Part shown: piece by piece, positions 47,601 to 58,988 of the stretch
Layout: each line of letters starts with the position of its first letter
Numbering within the stretch: position 1 is the first letter of the stretch
Source of the DNA: a virus
IMG/VR virus record: IMGVR_UViG_3300017987_000063
Span: 1 to 64,000 of that record
Reading direction: 5' to 3' (one strand)
DNA: 64,000 nucleotides
Program-made: the position numbers and the translations under genes
Notes under the pieces: generated by a model
What the model was told of the DNA's origin: nothing
What the model saw: the letters and a program-made list of their open reading frames with translations, nothing else
The model's database searches: none

Positions 47601-50383
47601 CCGGTATCTGCTCTCGCGCAGCCACTTCGTTATTTTTTATTCCACGTTGAAGCAATTTCCTCAAGCTGTCCCTCAACGCTCTGGATTGTAGCCCATTTGC
47701 CTTTGGGGAACCACGCATCTGCATCGGGCAGGGCTTTCATAAGCTGAAGAATCCATGACATTCTTTCAGGCTGCTCCTCCACCGCAAAAGGCTCCCCGAA
47801 TGCAAGCTCCAGCCCTTTTGCGGCCTTCTCCGATAATGTTACTGTGGTCTTCATACTGCATCCTCTCAATAAGGCGGAACATCCGTCAAGTCCGCCCGCT
47901 TCTCCACGTTCGGCTTCCGGTAAGGCTTGTAAACGGCCTCGTTGTCAGATACAGGGAACCGCAGGTCATAATACCGCCCCTCAATCGGGGCATCCTCGCA
48001 CATCTCCACATCGTGGTCGGTAAAGCGGATAATTACCGCCTGGCGCCGGGCTTGGTCTCTTGTCCGCATATTTCACATTTATTCATGTTTAGCTCCTGTC
48101 CTGTAAAAAAGTCAGGCGAGGGTGGGAGGACAGGCCACACCCCCGCCCTCAATTATGCGGTCATATCAGCCGCGATTCTCGCAAGCTGTCCCGCATACTT
48201 CTTAATCTTTTTCCGTATAAGCTCGCCCTGCTTCGGGGTAACAAACCCCTTGTCCATATACCACTGGGCGATGCTGGTAAGCACCGGCGCGTCGTGGCCG
48301 GTAAAGCCGACACCATTATTGTGGCGCGTGTCGCCCGCTGCCTGCTCGTCTGCGGTCTGCCGGTGGTACAAGGCCACCAGAGCATTTGCGAGCCTTTTGT
48401 GCGGGGCTGTGGCTATCCAGCCAGCCATTTTTGCCTTCTGTGCCTTCTGTTCTTTAGTCATTGTCCTGTCCTCCATGCCCATCGTCAAGGGCTTGCGCGG
48501 CCTGTTCAAGCTCGCGCTTTGCGGTTTCAACGTAACTCCATTCGCCTTCGGTCAAGGCATCGTTTAAATGGTCTAATGCCTCGTTGACCTTGTTGGCTAT
48601 AAAATCGTAATCGCGTTTCATTATATGGTCTCCCGTGGTGCTTCGGGGAGTCCGAAGGTATCGCTGTTCACCCCCGGCCTGATGTCCACATGATTATTAT
48701 TATAGCATATATATTTAAAACGTCAATACCTCTGGCCGGTTTATTTCGCCTTTTTCGGCTTTTTCTTCAGGCCAATCTCGATTATTGTCTGAATAATGAT
48801 GGCCACCACCACCGGCCATATCAGGGTCAAGGCCATAATCATGCGTGGCCTGTCCGGTTCATCTTCCGGCAGATAAATTGCCAGTAAAAAACCGGTAATA
48901 ATAGCCCCCCACAGGTATATGGTCATGGCCATCATTTTTCCACCTCGATTCTGATTTTGCGGATAGTAAAACCTTCGCTTTGTAATAGCTTCCAGTGATT
49001 TTTGCCCGGCCCTTGCCATCCGCTAAACTCCTTATTGGTTTCTTCAATTGCGTCTTTTCTTTTTTGCCGAATTGAGGCTATAATTATTCTGCCTTTGGGA
49101 GTAAATCCCGCCCATACGATGATTGGTTTCATTTTTTCGGCCCTTCCAGCTTGATAAGCCCCGCCTCGGTAGCCCTTCGGTAAAGCTCACCGGTATCGCA
49201 CCATGCCTCCTGCGCCTTTACCTCGTCGGGGAAGACTGTCCTCAGCCGCTCCTTGTTAATCCTGTCCGCTGCGCCGATGGCGTTAAACAGGTGGGTCGAA
49301 AAGCTCCCCGCCTTGTTTTTCTGGTAATCCAGATAAAGCATCTCGGCTTCGGTAAACTTGATTCCTTTGATTTCCGGCATTTTATCCTCCCGCAATCACT
49401 TGCGCTTTGGTAACTCGGCCTCAATACCCTTTTCGGCCTGTTCTTCAAAGCCCTTGATAAGCTCGTCCATGCTGCCATCCGGAAGCTCGAATTCGTCCCC
49501 GAATATCTTGTCCAAGCCCATCTTTTTCATGGTCTTAAAGGTCTCGGCCAGTTCCGCACCCTGTGCCTTGACCGCCTCATTAAACTGCTCCTTCGTTATA
49601 TTCAGGTCTATCTTTTCCATCTCCTTTTTCTCCCTTCTGTTCATCTCCCGCTTTATTGCCCTGCCATTCGGACAGATGCAGGGCCTCTGGTCGGTATAGA
49701 CGCGCCCTGTCCGCGCATTAACCACCTTCAGGTCAACCATGCCGGAGTTATCGCATAGCCCGCATTTATTGAATTTCGGTAAAAAGCTATCATCCATTTC
49801 CACCATAAACTCCCACCATAATGCTTTTGCCATGTCAACCTCCTAACTGTAGTCAACCTCAATGGGCTCCCCGCGCAGGGTAAACTCACCGCGCTCCAGC
49901 GTAGCCGCACCGGATATTACACCGATGGCCACCGCGTCCCAGTCGCCCATAAAGGCTCCAGCCGCCGACACGCCTCCATGCGTATCGTCAAACTCCCCGC
50001 TCTGGCCATAGGTTTCAATCATCCTGTCCGTGCAGTGTAGTGCCCTGCCTTCGGGGAAGATTATCTTGTTATGGTAATGGCCTATCTCCCGCTCCTCTAC
50101 GATGCAGTCGCGCCGGGAGATAACCCGCGTCCGTACCCATTTGCGTCCTTCTTCCATGTTATGCCGCCATCCCTTCCGCCCGCGCCAAGTCCTTCCGTAT
50201 GGCTTCCGCGATAGCCAATTCAGCGGCAGCCGCCTCAGCGTAACCGCGCAGCCAGCACATGGCCATGTCAAAATCTCTGCCTTTGAAGGGATTATCGGTT
50301 ATAAAGTATTCGCGGTCGAAGGCTTCCTTACCCTCAAAGTAAGCCGCCCTGCCTTCCTCGGTAATAATAGCGGTATTTTCCAT
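44686..50383 (-). other. Cluster of roughly 15-20 small hypothetical early-type genes
   Basis: Short coupled minus-strand ORFs with repeated promoters and leaders. Confidence 0.6.
47471..47534 (-). ncRNA. Small tRNA-like three-stem element
   Basis: Closing stem GGGGCTTG/CAAGCCCC enclosing ACCGG/CCGGT and CAGGG-TGAGATT-CCCTG hairpins. Confidence 0.4.
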
Positions 50384-50435
50384 TATCCTGTCCTCCTGTT
50401 ATGTTTTTATGGAAGGGGCTTGCGCCCCCGCCTTG

Positions 50436-50708
50436 TTATTCGTTATGGGCATCCATCCAGTTGCTCACCGCAAGCTGGTGTTTGCAGGGTATTCCGAACC
50501 TTTTTGCATGGGTCTCATGGTCTTTGCAGGTGCAGCGGGTCGCACCCTCGTCGTCCATGTGGATGCTGTAAAATGTGTCTTCGGCGGAGCCTTTAGCGAT
50601 AAACTCGCGCTCGCTGGCTCTCTCAATTTCAACCTCTGCCGCCCTGTCCATGCGGGCAAGGTACATCTCCATCCTGCGTCCGTATTGTGTTAGTGCCATC
50701 TTTGTCAT
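50436..50708 (-). CDS. SWIM zinc-finger protein
   Basis: CTC...CKH. Confidence 0.75.
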   Translation of the reverse strand: MTKMALTQYGRRMEMYLARMDRAAEVEIERASEREFIAKGSAEDTFYSIHMDDEGATRCTCKDHETHAKRFGIPCKHQLAVSNWMDAHNE

Positions 50709-50788
50709 TGTCCTGTCCTCCTGCTTTTTTATTTTCGGGCTTTATCTCGCCCCTTATGATTATTATTATAGCATATATATTTATAATG

Positions 50789-51181
50789 TCAATAGGTTTC
50801 GGAAAGAATATTCGCTTTTTCAGCAGATTCTTCATCCCGTACCCATTTTCCACCCTTTTTCACCTCGATCTTCAGGTTCTCCGCCCTCATAGCCCGCTCC
50901 GTAGCCTTTTCCACCTCGGCCTCAACCTGAACGACCTGTCCGGTCTTGATTTTTAGCCACCTCTGAAACTCCTTGCTTTGCGCCATGCGCTTAAACGCCA
51001 GCTTCTTGTTCTGCCTTTGATACCGCTCATCCTGTGCCGTGCCCACCGCTCCGCTTGGAGGATGGGTACACCGAACGGCAGTGTCTCGCTTATTCCTGTT
51101 CTGCCCACCCGCGCCGCTCCCCCTGAAATAATCCCACTTACAATCGGCAGCGGTCACCGAAAAGAGTAATTTACGGCTCAT
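50789..51181 (-). CDS. RF-1-domain peptidyl-tRNA hydrolase (GGQ), ArfB/PrfH-like
   Basis: RGSGAGGQNRNKRDTAVRCTH...ERYQRQNK. Confidence 0.88.
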   Translation of the reverse strand: MSRKLLFSVTAADCKWDYFRGSGAGGQNRNKRDTAVRCTHPPSGAVGTAQDERYQRQNKKLAFKRMAQSKEFQRWLKIKTGQVVQVEAEVEKATERAMRAENLKIEVKKGGKWVRDEESAEKANILSETY

Positions 51182-51287
51182 TATTCACCTCGCATTGATT
51201 TTCTCCGCTCCTCCAGCCTTTTTCCCCATCGCTCCAGCATATCCCCAAAGTTCCACAGCCATCTGGCTAAAATCCGTCTTATCGTGT

Positions 51288-51962
51288 TCATCCCGTACTC
51301 CTTCCTCTGCTTAATAATGCCTTCGCCATAGGCAGTAACTCCTTCCATTCATCGCCATACATCTTGGCGGGGTCTGGCTCTTCCCCGAACCGTACCCTGT
51401 CCAGCCTGTCCGCATTTGCAAAGCATATATCCAGTGTTCCGGCCTGAATACCCTCCCCCGGCTGTAGAAAATCGTGCTTATTTATCGCCTCAGCCACGTA
51501 TTCTATCCAGCGGGGGTCATACCCCCTGCGGGACGCAAACGCCCGCCACGTGGCCGCTCCTGCCGCCCCGTGCCCCTTTTCGGAGCCCTCTCCTTCCCTC
51601 ATACAGTCATGGAAGAAGGCAGCCGTGGTCACGCCATACCGGATTATCTCCACATCGCGGAATATTTCGCCCTGCGGATACCGGTGGTTCTCGCACCACA
51701 ATCCAGCCATAGCCCGCCCCAATATGGCCACCCTTACCCAATGAGCATAACCATGTAGCGGGGAATCCCATTGCTGAAAAGCCCCCTCAATGGTCTCTCG
51801 CTCATGAGCGGTCAAGTGGAGCCACCTGTTAAAGTGAAACTCCACTTTTTGCCGGTGGTCTTCAACCTCAAATCCGCTTAACACGATCCCCACCCTCCTA
51901 TCAGCCAGAAGCTCTCCTCTGGAGTATCGGCTATTATTGGGATGGCCACCGCATATTCCCAC
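51288..51962 (-). CDS. HD-domain phosphohydrolase (true start probably near 51890)
   Basis: HG..HW.RV, FHD, HG, HD, ADRLDRVR. Confidence 0.8.
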   Translation of the reverse strand: MGICGGHPNNSRYSRGELLADRRVGIVLSGFEVEDHRQKVEFHFNRWLHLTAHERETIEGAFQQWDSPLHGYAHWVRVAILGRAMAGLWCENHRYPQGEIFRDVEIIRYGVTTAAFFHDCMREGEGSEKGHGAAGAATWRAFASRRGYDPRWIEYVAEAINKHDFLQPGEGIQAGTLDICFANADRLDRVRFGEEPDPAKMYGDEWKELLPMAKALLSRGRSTG

Positions 51963-52589
51963 TTTCGCGCATTCCTCATGCAGAATTTTCGCGCATCTTT
52001 CAAGCCATCTTCGCGGTAAAACGCCAGCCCTCTAATAACGACATTGTCCATCGTATCGAAGCCGCCGCCGTAACCATCGGGGTCATATTTTTCAATGGCA
52101 TCCCGCTGCTGCTGGAGTTTAAAGATTTTCTTGACCTGCTCTGGAGAGCAGTGCCCTGCCACCCTCATTTCAATAAAGATTGCGCCCATCTTATAACTCC
52201 TCAAGCTGCCTGTCAATCCGCTCGATCTGGTCGTCCATGCACCGGCGGAAGATTTCCCTGCCCTGCTCGGAGCAGAGCGGTAAAATATGGTCGCGCTCTT
52301 CAATGTACTCCTCGCGGAGCCTTCGGAGCCTTTTCCTGATTAATTCTTTGCCTTCCATCCTGTCCTCCTTAATACCAGTATTTCTGTAAGTTTTTAATTT
52401 CCTCGTCGTCCTGATGCTCTTGAGCGTACCTCATACCCTCAATAAAAGCCTCAAGGTTAATTTCGCCATCCTCGTACTGTGTCATCTCCTGTTTTTCGTT
52501 CATTGTCCTGTCCCCCTTTAACTATAATTATAGCATATATATTTAAAATGTCAAGCATTTTCCAAAGGAATTTGTGGAAAAAGCGAAGA

Positions 52590-53380
52590 TTCAGATAGCG
52601 GGGCGCGAATATTGACGTATTTTCCGCCCGGCTGCTGTTGAGCACTCCGCAGTCCGCCAAGAACTGCTTTACCCCGCTTTAACTTATACACAGGCAGGGT
52701 TGCGGAAGCGGCCCCGCGCCATCTCTACGTCCTCTGGTTGAGGCCCTCAATGTTACGCTTGCGTCCAGCCCGTTCGCCGGTTACCACTCGGCATACTCAA
52801 CTGGACTGATTTTTCAGTGGTGGGGTTTGGCTACCTCTCGGCGACCTTTTCAGGTGTCCACGTCAACACATGTCCGGTGTGCGTTCTTACACCGCCCCCG
52901 CCGGGCTCCACGCCAAGCAGGGGAAGGATTTTCACCTTACCTCCAGACTCTATGGCTCTGCGACCGCCATCCTGTCCACGTCTATAAGGGCTTACTGCCT
53001 CCACCGCCGTTCCGCTCCCATTTTTCAGGCTGTTTGCCGCAACCCTGTCTGTGTATAAATCTTATACGCTCAAGCGGGGGAGCGACCTTTCGGTCGCGTC
53101 CTGTGCCCGCTGGCTTACTCCACTGGCGGGAATGTCAACACCCGCATTTTCAATATGTTCCGGTTACATCACAGCGGATTCACCCGCTTCAGCCTATAAA
53201 GTAACCGGTAAAAGGTGGGCAGCTTCAGGTGAGGCCCCGGTCGTCTATAGGTGCCTCTCAGATTCCGTTTGACTTGTAATGCGTAACTTATAGCCGGGTA
53301 TCCGACCGCCCGGCCTCCTTATGCCTCTGTGGGCATCTGGCATACGCCTCCCCCTTTTTACCGATATTATTCAGATATTC
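52590..53380 (-). ncRNA. Candidate large structured noncoding RNA
   Basis: About 0.8 kb with no credible coding-strand ORF; 22-bp long-range inverted repeat; GNRA-capped hairpins on the minus strand. Confidence 0.55.
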
Positions 53381-53385
53381 AATTT

Positions 53386-53859
53386 TCAATGATCGTATAA
53401 TTTGCTCTCGTACTCGTCAATCCATTCGTTGTATTTTTTATACCCGCCGATGGCCTCCGCCAGTGCGTCTAGTGTGTGGTGGAGCCCTGCATCGCGGGTC
53501 GTGCTCAATTCGTACATCAGCCTCTTGGCCATCTCCGCGTCCAGCTTTATGGTAACATCCGCGAAGTCTCCGATTTGGCTGGTGGTAACCTCAATGCCTT
53601 TTTCCTTTAACAGTCTTTTCATGTCCTGTCCTCCTTAATAATCTTCCGGCTGCATGCCTTCAAAATCTTCAAGTTCCTGTTGGGCTAAAATGCTGTCCAT
53701 TCCAGCCTCGGCCTCATCCTTCAGGGCTTGCTCAAAGCCCGCATCCCATAATCCCGCCCGCGTTCCATCATCGTAAGGGTTATCTTCGGCCTCAAGGCCC
53801 TCAAGAGCCGCGTCATAACCTTCACTGTAAATGTCCTCATGGTCTTGTCCGTATCTCAT
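53386..53859 (-). CDS. Two small hypothetical genes (53386-53622, 53635-53859)
   Basis: Both carry the GGAGGACAGGAC leader, downstream of the promoter at 53909. Confidence 0.7.
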
Positions 53860-53983
53860 TGTCCTGTCCTCCTTGTTTTATTGGGCTTTTCTCGCCATCT
53901 TATATATAATAATAGCATATATTTTTAAATTGTCAATACCTTTCCAGAATTATTTGCCGAAAAATTGCAGATTCTTGGGGAAA

Positions 53984-54055
53984 TAGCGGGGGCAGGAGTT
54001 GAACCCACGATAGCCGGAATATGAATCCGGTGCCTTACCACTTGGCTACCCCGCT
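53984..54055 (-). tRNA. tRNA with CAT anticodon (Met or Ile2)
   Basis: Acceptor AGCGGGG/CCCCGCT, anticodon arm CCGGA-TTCATAT-TCCGG, T loop TTCAACT; CCA not encoded. Confidence 0.85.
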
Positions 54056-54130
54056 AAATCAAACGCCCCCGGTGGCGACGAGGGCGTTTGTGAAAGGAGG
54101 ATTCTTCCGGCAGTAAGCCAAGAAAAACCA

Positions 54131-54667
54131 CTAGAATTTAAGTATATCAAATCCGATGGCGAAATGCAAGCCCCGTTCGATAGGCTCATCCGGTGTCCAG
54201 CCGCAGCCCATCGTAAGGGTTAAAATCTCCGGTATAAGCTCCGTGCCTGTACCGATGATAATAACAGTCGCCCCCGCGCTCAACTCCACAAAGTCAGGCG
54301 CAATCACTTGCGCCCATTTTATCCATGTCCTGTTCGCGGGATTCTGGATTTGGGGAAAAAGGCGATACCGCGCTCCAATTGTAGGGGTAATAAGCGAATC
54401 TTCCCCAATAACCACTACGAAACCTCCTGTAATCTGTGGAAAGTACGTTGCCAGTTTCGCGCCGGGGTCATCGGTTATCAGGTTGCCTTCGTCGTCGTAA
54501 CGGAGCGGCGGTGCGCCTGCTTCCTCCGCGATAACCTCCGCCTCACTGTCATCCTGTCCAAACGCGCCATAAGGCAGTAAGAAAAGAATTGAGGTCATTA
54601 GGGTCAGGAGGATGCTTAATCTTTTCCCATGCCCGAAGGTACTGGACAAGTCGGTAAACTTTCGCAA
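54131..54667 (-). CDS. Exported/membrane hypothetical protein
   Basis: Signal-peptide-like segment, C-terminal Phe. Confidence 0.55.
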   Translation of the reverse strand: MRKFTDLSSTFGHGKRLSILLTLMTSILFLLPYGAFGQDDSEAEVIAEEAGAPPLRYDDEGNLITDDPGAKLATYFPQITGGFVVVIGEDSLITPTIGARYRLFPQIQNPANRTWIKWAQVIAPDFVELSAGATVIIIGTGTELIPEILTLTMGCGWTPDEPIERGLHFAIGFDILKF

Positions 54668-54802
54668 AGGCTTTTCTCCTATCTCGCTTCTGGAACCACT
54701 GGACGGCGGCCTGATTTACCAGCAGGGTCGCCGTTTCCAGCTTGGTTCCTTTAAGCCCTCCGGCCTTGCCGAGCATGTAAGCATACTGGGTAAGGCCGAT
54801 AA

Positions 54803-55363
54803 TTACTTTTTTGGCGGCACCGAAGGGGTTTTTGTGGCCTTATTTCGCTCCTTAGACAACTGGGCGGCATGCTCCACCGCGCCGGTAAGCATGGAATCCA
54901 CGTCCTGAACGCCTGCCTGTCCGAGCGCGAGCAGGGATGCGGGGCCGAGCATCTTCTTCATCTGCGTCAACGCAAGACCCTTCAACTGGGTAATTTCGTC
55001 CTTTGTGAGCTTGCCATCGGCCTTAGCCGCCTTCATATCCTTGACATAAGCCTCATAAAGGTTCTCGGCCACCCACCAAGCCGCCGTGTTGACGTTATCC
55101 AGTATCGAGGCCACCGCCTCATTCTGGACTTTGGCCTTTATCATACCGGAAACCGCCACCTTGCCCTTGATAAACAGGGCGGAGATGATGGAACCGAAGA
55201 TACCAGCCACTGCGACCACGATGGTTACGATGGTATCCAGTGTCGGGTCAACCGGTACATCCGTCGCGGGCGGCAGGGGAACCTCTGCGGTCTGTCCCAG
55301 CGCAATGGCTACCAGTCCCAGCACGAGCAGGGCGGAAAGCCCCAGCAAAATGTTCCGCTTCAT
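54803..55363 (-). CDS. Holin-like membrane protein
   Basis: Two hydrophobic segments; downstream of endolysin. Confidence 0.55.
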   Translation of the reverse strand: MKRNILLGLSALLVLGLVAIALGQTAEVPLPPATDVPVDPTLDTIVTIVVAVAGIFGSIISALFIKGKVAVSGMIKAKVQNEAVASILDNVNTAAWWVAENLYEAYVKDMKAAKADGKLTKDEITQLKGLALTQMKKMLGPASLLALGQAGVQDVDSMLTGAVEHAAQLSKERNKATKTPSVPPKK

Positions 55364-55797
55364 TACTCACCTCCCGTATAGGGCAGCGCAAGTATCGCCG
55401 TGCGTATTTTCATCTGCTCTTTTACGGGCAGCTTGGCATAAATGTCCATAAATAGCTGGGCTGTTGGAAGCTCTCCCGGCGATTCCTCGTCACCTTTTTC
55501 AATAGATTGAATCCACCACTCGGCCAGTAATGGAAGGGCCTGTGTAGCAGCGGTTTTAATGCACTCAGCATTTTCATCGTAGTATTTGCACTGCTCCTCT
55601 GTCCACTTGCCGGTCTTGCATTGATTCCTTGCGGCGGTATCAAGGTAAGGCCAGCCGGTCTGGATACCTATAGTCGCCACCTGAAAGCCAATTTCAATGG
55701 CTTGCTTCTGGTCGCACTGGGTCGCGCCGATTGTGACACCGCCTATGCCGAGGCATATTGCCAAGACAACCACGATTCGCATCATTTTCGCTCTCAT
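55363..55797 (-). CDS. Exported protein in the lysis cassette (possible lipoprotein/spanin)
   Basis: Signal peptide followed by Cys; position. Confidence 0.4.
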   Translation of the reverse strand: MRAKMMRIVVVLAICLGIGGVTIGATQCDQKQAIEIGFQVATIGIQTGWPYLDTAARNQCKTGKWTEEQCKYYDENAECIKTAATQALPLLAEWWIQSIEKGDEESPGELPTAQLFMDIYAKLPVKEQMKIRTAILALPYTGGE

Positions 55798-55906
55798 CGG
55801 TTCCTCCTAAGTTTTTAGTGTCCACCCGCAATGCGGGCATATTATAAGCCCCCACGGATCGAAGATAAAATACCTTCCACACTGGGGACAGAGTCGCCAC
55901 CATACA

Positions 55907-56947
55907 TCATGTGGTGCGTTCCTTATCACCGGATTCCTGTATGTCTCCGCTGGCCGTGCCATCGAAATCCGCATCCATAAGCAAGGCGGGGGCTATTATA
56001 AACCATTTTATCGAGCTTTGGGTAATGTTCCTACTCCGGCGGCCACCGGAATTGGAGATATTGCCCTCGCGGAGTTCCAGCTTAGATGGCAGACCATTTC
56101 GCTTGATTACCCGCGCCACGCTGCCGGTATGCCCCCGTGTGCCGCCGTAGTTCATTATCATCGCCGAGCCGACGGGCAGCGCGACGTTGCCGTTGACCAC
56201 GTCCTCCTTGTTGACCACCCAGCCGATCATCTTTTTCTTGGGGTCAATTTTATTGTGCAGCGGGCTGCGGGGCTGCTTTTTCGCCCATGTGTAGTTGGCA
56301 TAGCACAGGCCAATGCGCCCGCCGGAGTTTATGTAAGACCCTTTTCCGGCGGTCAAGCCGCTGGCCTCCCACTCTATGCCGCATCTGGAATAGCAGCACC
56401 ACGCGGGGCCTTGTGCCTTTTTAGCGGGGTTGTACCGTATCCACCAGTCAATGCCCCCGTGATCCGCTCCCGGCCATAAGGGGGGCAGATAGGGGCCGCG
56501 ATTGGAGCCGTTGGGTATCTCTTTAAGCCCCTGTATGATATAATGCTCCCACACGGCTATTATGGCCGCGCCGAGGGCTGTTTTTTCCCTCTGTACCGTA
56601 GCGGGCACGCCTTGATTCTGTTTTTCAGGCTCCGAGTTTTTCAAAGCCCACCAGACATCCAAGTCCACCACGCCGGGCTTCGTTATCTCGTCCAGTGGTA
56701 TTTTTCGCGGGCCTATAAGCTGGACTTGGGCGAGCTTAACTGCCTCCTCTGTCCACGTCCCGAAGTCGCCATCTATCCAGAATTTCTTGGCCTTCGGGTC
56801 TTCGGGCGTGCGAATGTTATTCCTTTTCGCAACGCTGGACGACCAGAATGGGTTATCGGGGCCGACACAGCCAAGTCCCCACAGGAGTCCCTGTAGAGCC
56901 TCGACATCCGCGCCCTGATCCCCTTTCATCAGAATTTTTTCTGGCAT
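55907..56947 (-). CDS. Endolysin: peptidoglycan-binding domain + CHAP-like domain
   Basis: GDQGADVEALQ, IDGDFG.WTEEAVK, SNRGP, AWC, GHTG, EGN. Confidence 0.8.
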   Translation of the reverse strand: MPEKILMKGDQGADVEALQGLLWGLGCVGPDNPFWSSSVAKRNNIRTPEDPKAKKFWIDGDFGTWTEEAVKLAQVQLIGPRKIPLDEITKPGVVDLDVWWALKNSEPEKQNQGVPATVQREKTALGAAIIAVWEHYIIQGLKEIPNGSNRGPYLPPLWPGADHGGIDWWIRYNPAKKAQGPAWCCYSRCGIEWEASGLTAGKGSYINSGGRIGLCYANYTWAKKQPRSPLHNKIDPKKKMIGWVVNKEDVVNGNVALPVGSAMIMNYGGTRGHTGSVARVIKRNGLPSKLELREGNISNSGGRRSRNITQSSIKWFIIAPALLMDADFDGTASGDIQESGDKERTT

Positions 56948-56959
56948 AAAACCTCCTTT

Positions 56960-58976
56960 TTAAGCCAGCAAGTCGGTTATTTCCGAGTAGTCTGCCGGAT
57001 TTATAGTGTTCACCCCATCCACTTCGATGGGCGTGCAGGGATCGTCCAAAATTTTATATAGATGAACCGCGCCCGTAACAGGGTCGGGGTCATCTTGGCC
57101 GTTCGGAGCCCCATAAACTTGCCAAGCCAGCAGCACCTGTCCTGCATCCGAATGCGCATAATTAATCATTTTATCCTCCTTCTTTAAAGGGCCATCGCGG
57201 GCAATTTAAGGGCAGTTAATCTGTGTCCGCTCGCCCAAAACGACAACTCGAATGTTCTTGTGCCTGCAGCACCTGCGGGCGTGAGGAATGCCTGAAGTCT
57301 GTCTCCCGGTAAAAGCATTATTCCTCCATACTTTAGATATTCGGTAGGAGTGGCTCCCACCCAATTCCAGCCGCTTGATTCATTCCAGTCGCCTGAAACA
57401 TTATCAGCGGGGGTGCCTTTAGTGTGTTCGAACAAGTGAGTAGCGTATTTCCAATTTGCCGCAGGAATATAGACAGGCGATAAACCGGTCGTCCGGTAGA
57501 CCTCTATTTTTGCCGTTCCCGCAGTAGCCCCTACCTGAAAGACCGTTTTTACATCGGTAACTATTACCACCTCGTTTGCCGGAACCACAGGACTTAAATT
57601 CCACAAAAGGCCATTATTTGTGATGGTCTGATAGGTATCGTGAAACTCCGAAATGCTTACTACCGGACTGTCCTGTCTATCTTTTATGTCCTGCAGCAAA
57701 GTTTCAAGAGCACCTGTGTTGGTCTCAATAGCGGTCAATAAGGCAAGAAACTCCTCGTCCCCGCCAATAACCTTCGGTAAATAGTTTTTAACCATCTCTA
57801 TTCTCCTTTAGGCCACCAGACTGTCAATGGCCTGCGTAAACTTGGAAATCTCGCGGGGATAGTCTCCAAAGTCCGCAAGGTTCCCCGCGCCGGACGTAAA
57901 GCCCAAGAGAGCGGATACATCGTTGCTGGCAGGGGTAATTATCTCCACGCTGCCGGGGCCTGTGGCGTTTTTAGAGCGTATTCCAAGCTGCCTGCTATCC
58001 CCCACCTGCGCCGCAAAAGCCTCGGCAAGCGTATTAAACGCGACCAGTGAATTCAGATAATCCACAATCCCCGGCCCCACAGCATCCTCCTGTACCAGTC
58101 TTCCAGCCGTAGGGGTAAGGTCAATATCAACCAACGGCAAACCATCAATCTGAAACTTCACGTTGGCCGGAGAGCTTGGGAAAGTCACCGGATAGCTTGT
58201 CCCCGCCGAAATAAGCTCTGCCATTGTATCGTAAGCATGAAGGCCGGGATTCCACGGAGAATCTGACCCCAGCGTCAATATCCGGCGCATACCCCGTACC
58301 ATCCAAAGGCCATAATTCACCGCCGAAAGCATGTTTTTAAAAAAGTACGGAATATGGTTGATATTCGTCAATGGAGAGGCCACCGGAAAGCCGAAAGACT
58401 GCCGAACAGACTCCTCAAAATTCGGTATTTGGCCTTGTGGCACAGCCCATACCGCCTTAATGTCATAAGGCGCGGCTGCTGCCCATTCTACCACCACAAG
58501 TTGGTCAAGTTTTGGTCTGATTATCATAACTGCACCTCCACGCCGGAGACCCTTGCTCCTATGTAATTATCGAACGTAACGTCTGCCGAGGTAATCCATG
58601 CCCAAGTAAGGATAAGCTCTTCGCCCGGCTCCAGCACGAGAGACGATTTTTCTCCTCCGCTGAAGTTGGGGAAGTAAATACCATCCGGTTCATCCGTCCC
58701 CGTAGCCTCGCTCCTTACCAATCCCATGCCGTTTGATACCGATAAAATAAGGTCATTTTTAGTCACACTGGCAGGGGGACTTCCTTGCTGGACTTCCTCT
58801 GCACCGGGATAATTCGGCAGCCAGTTTACCCTGACATCCTTGATTATCGCTCTTTTATCGGCGGGAGCTTGATACAGAACCACCTGCTGTTTTAAGCTCC
58901 GATGGTTTGCCGTACCATCATTCGCCAGCATAATAATATGCTGGGCTAAAACGCGCTCTTCAATTGCTCTTGCCAT
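56960..58976 (-). CDS. Four hypothetical, probably virion, genes (56960-57169, 57184-57795, 57808-58527, 58524-58976)
   Basis: Packed ORFs with strong RBSs between tail and lysis genes. Confidence 0.6.
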
Positions 58977-58988
58977 ATCTGCCTCCTG

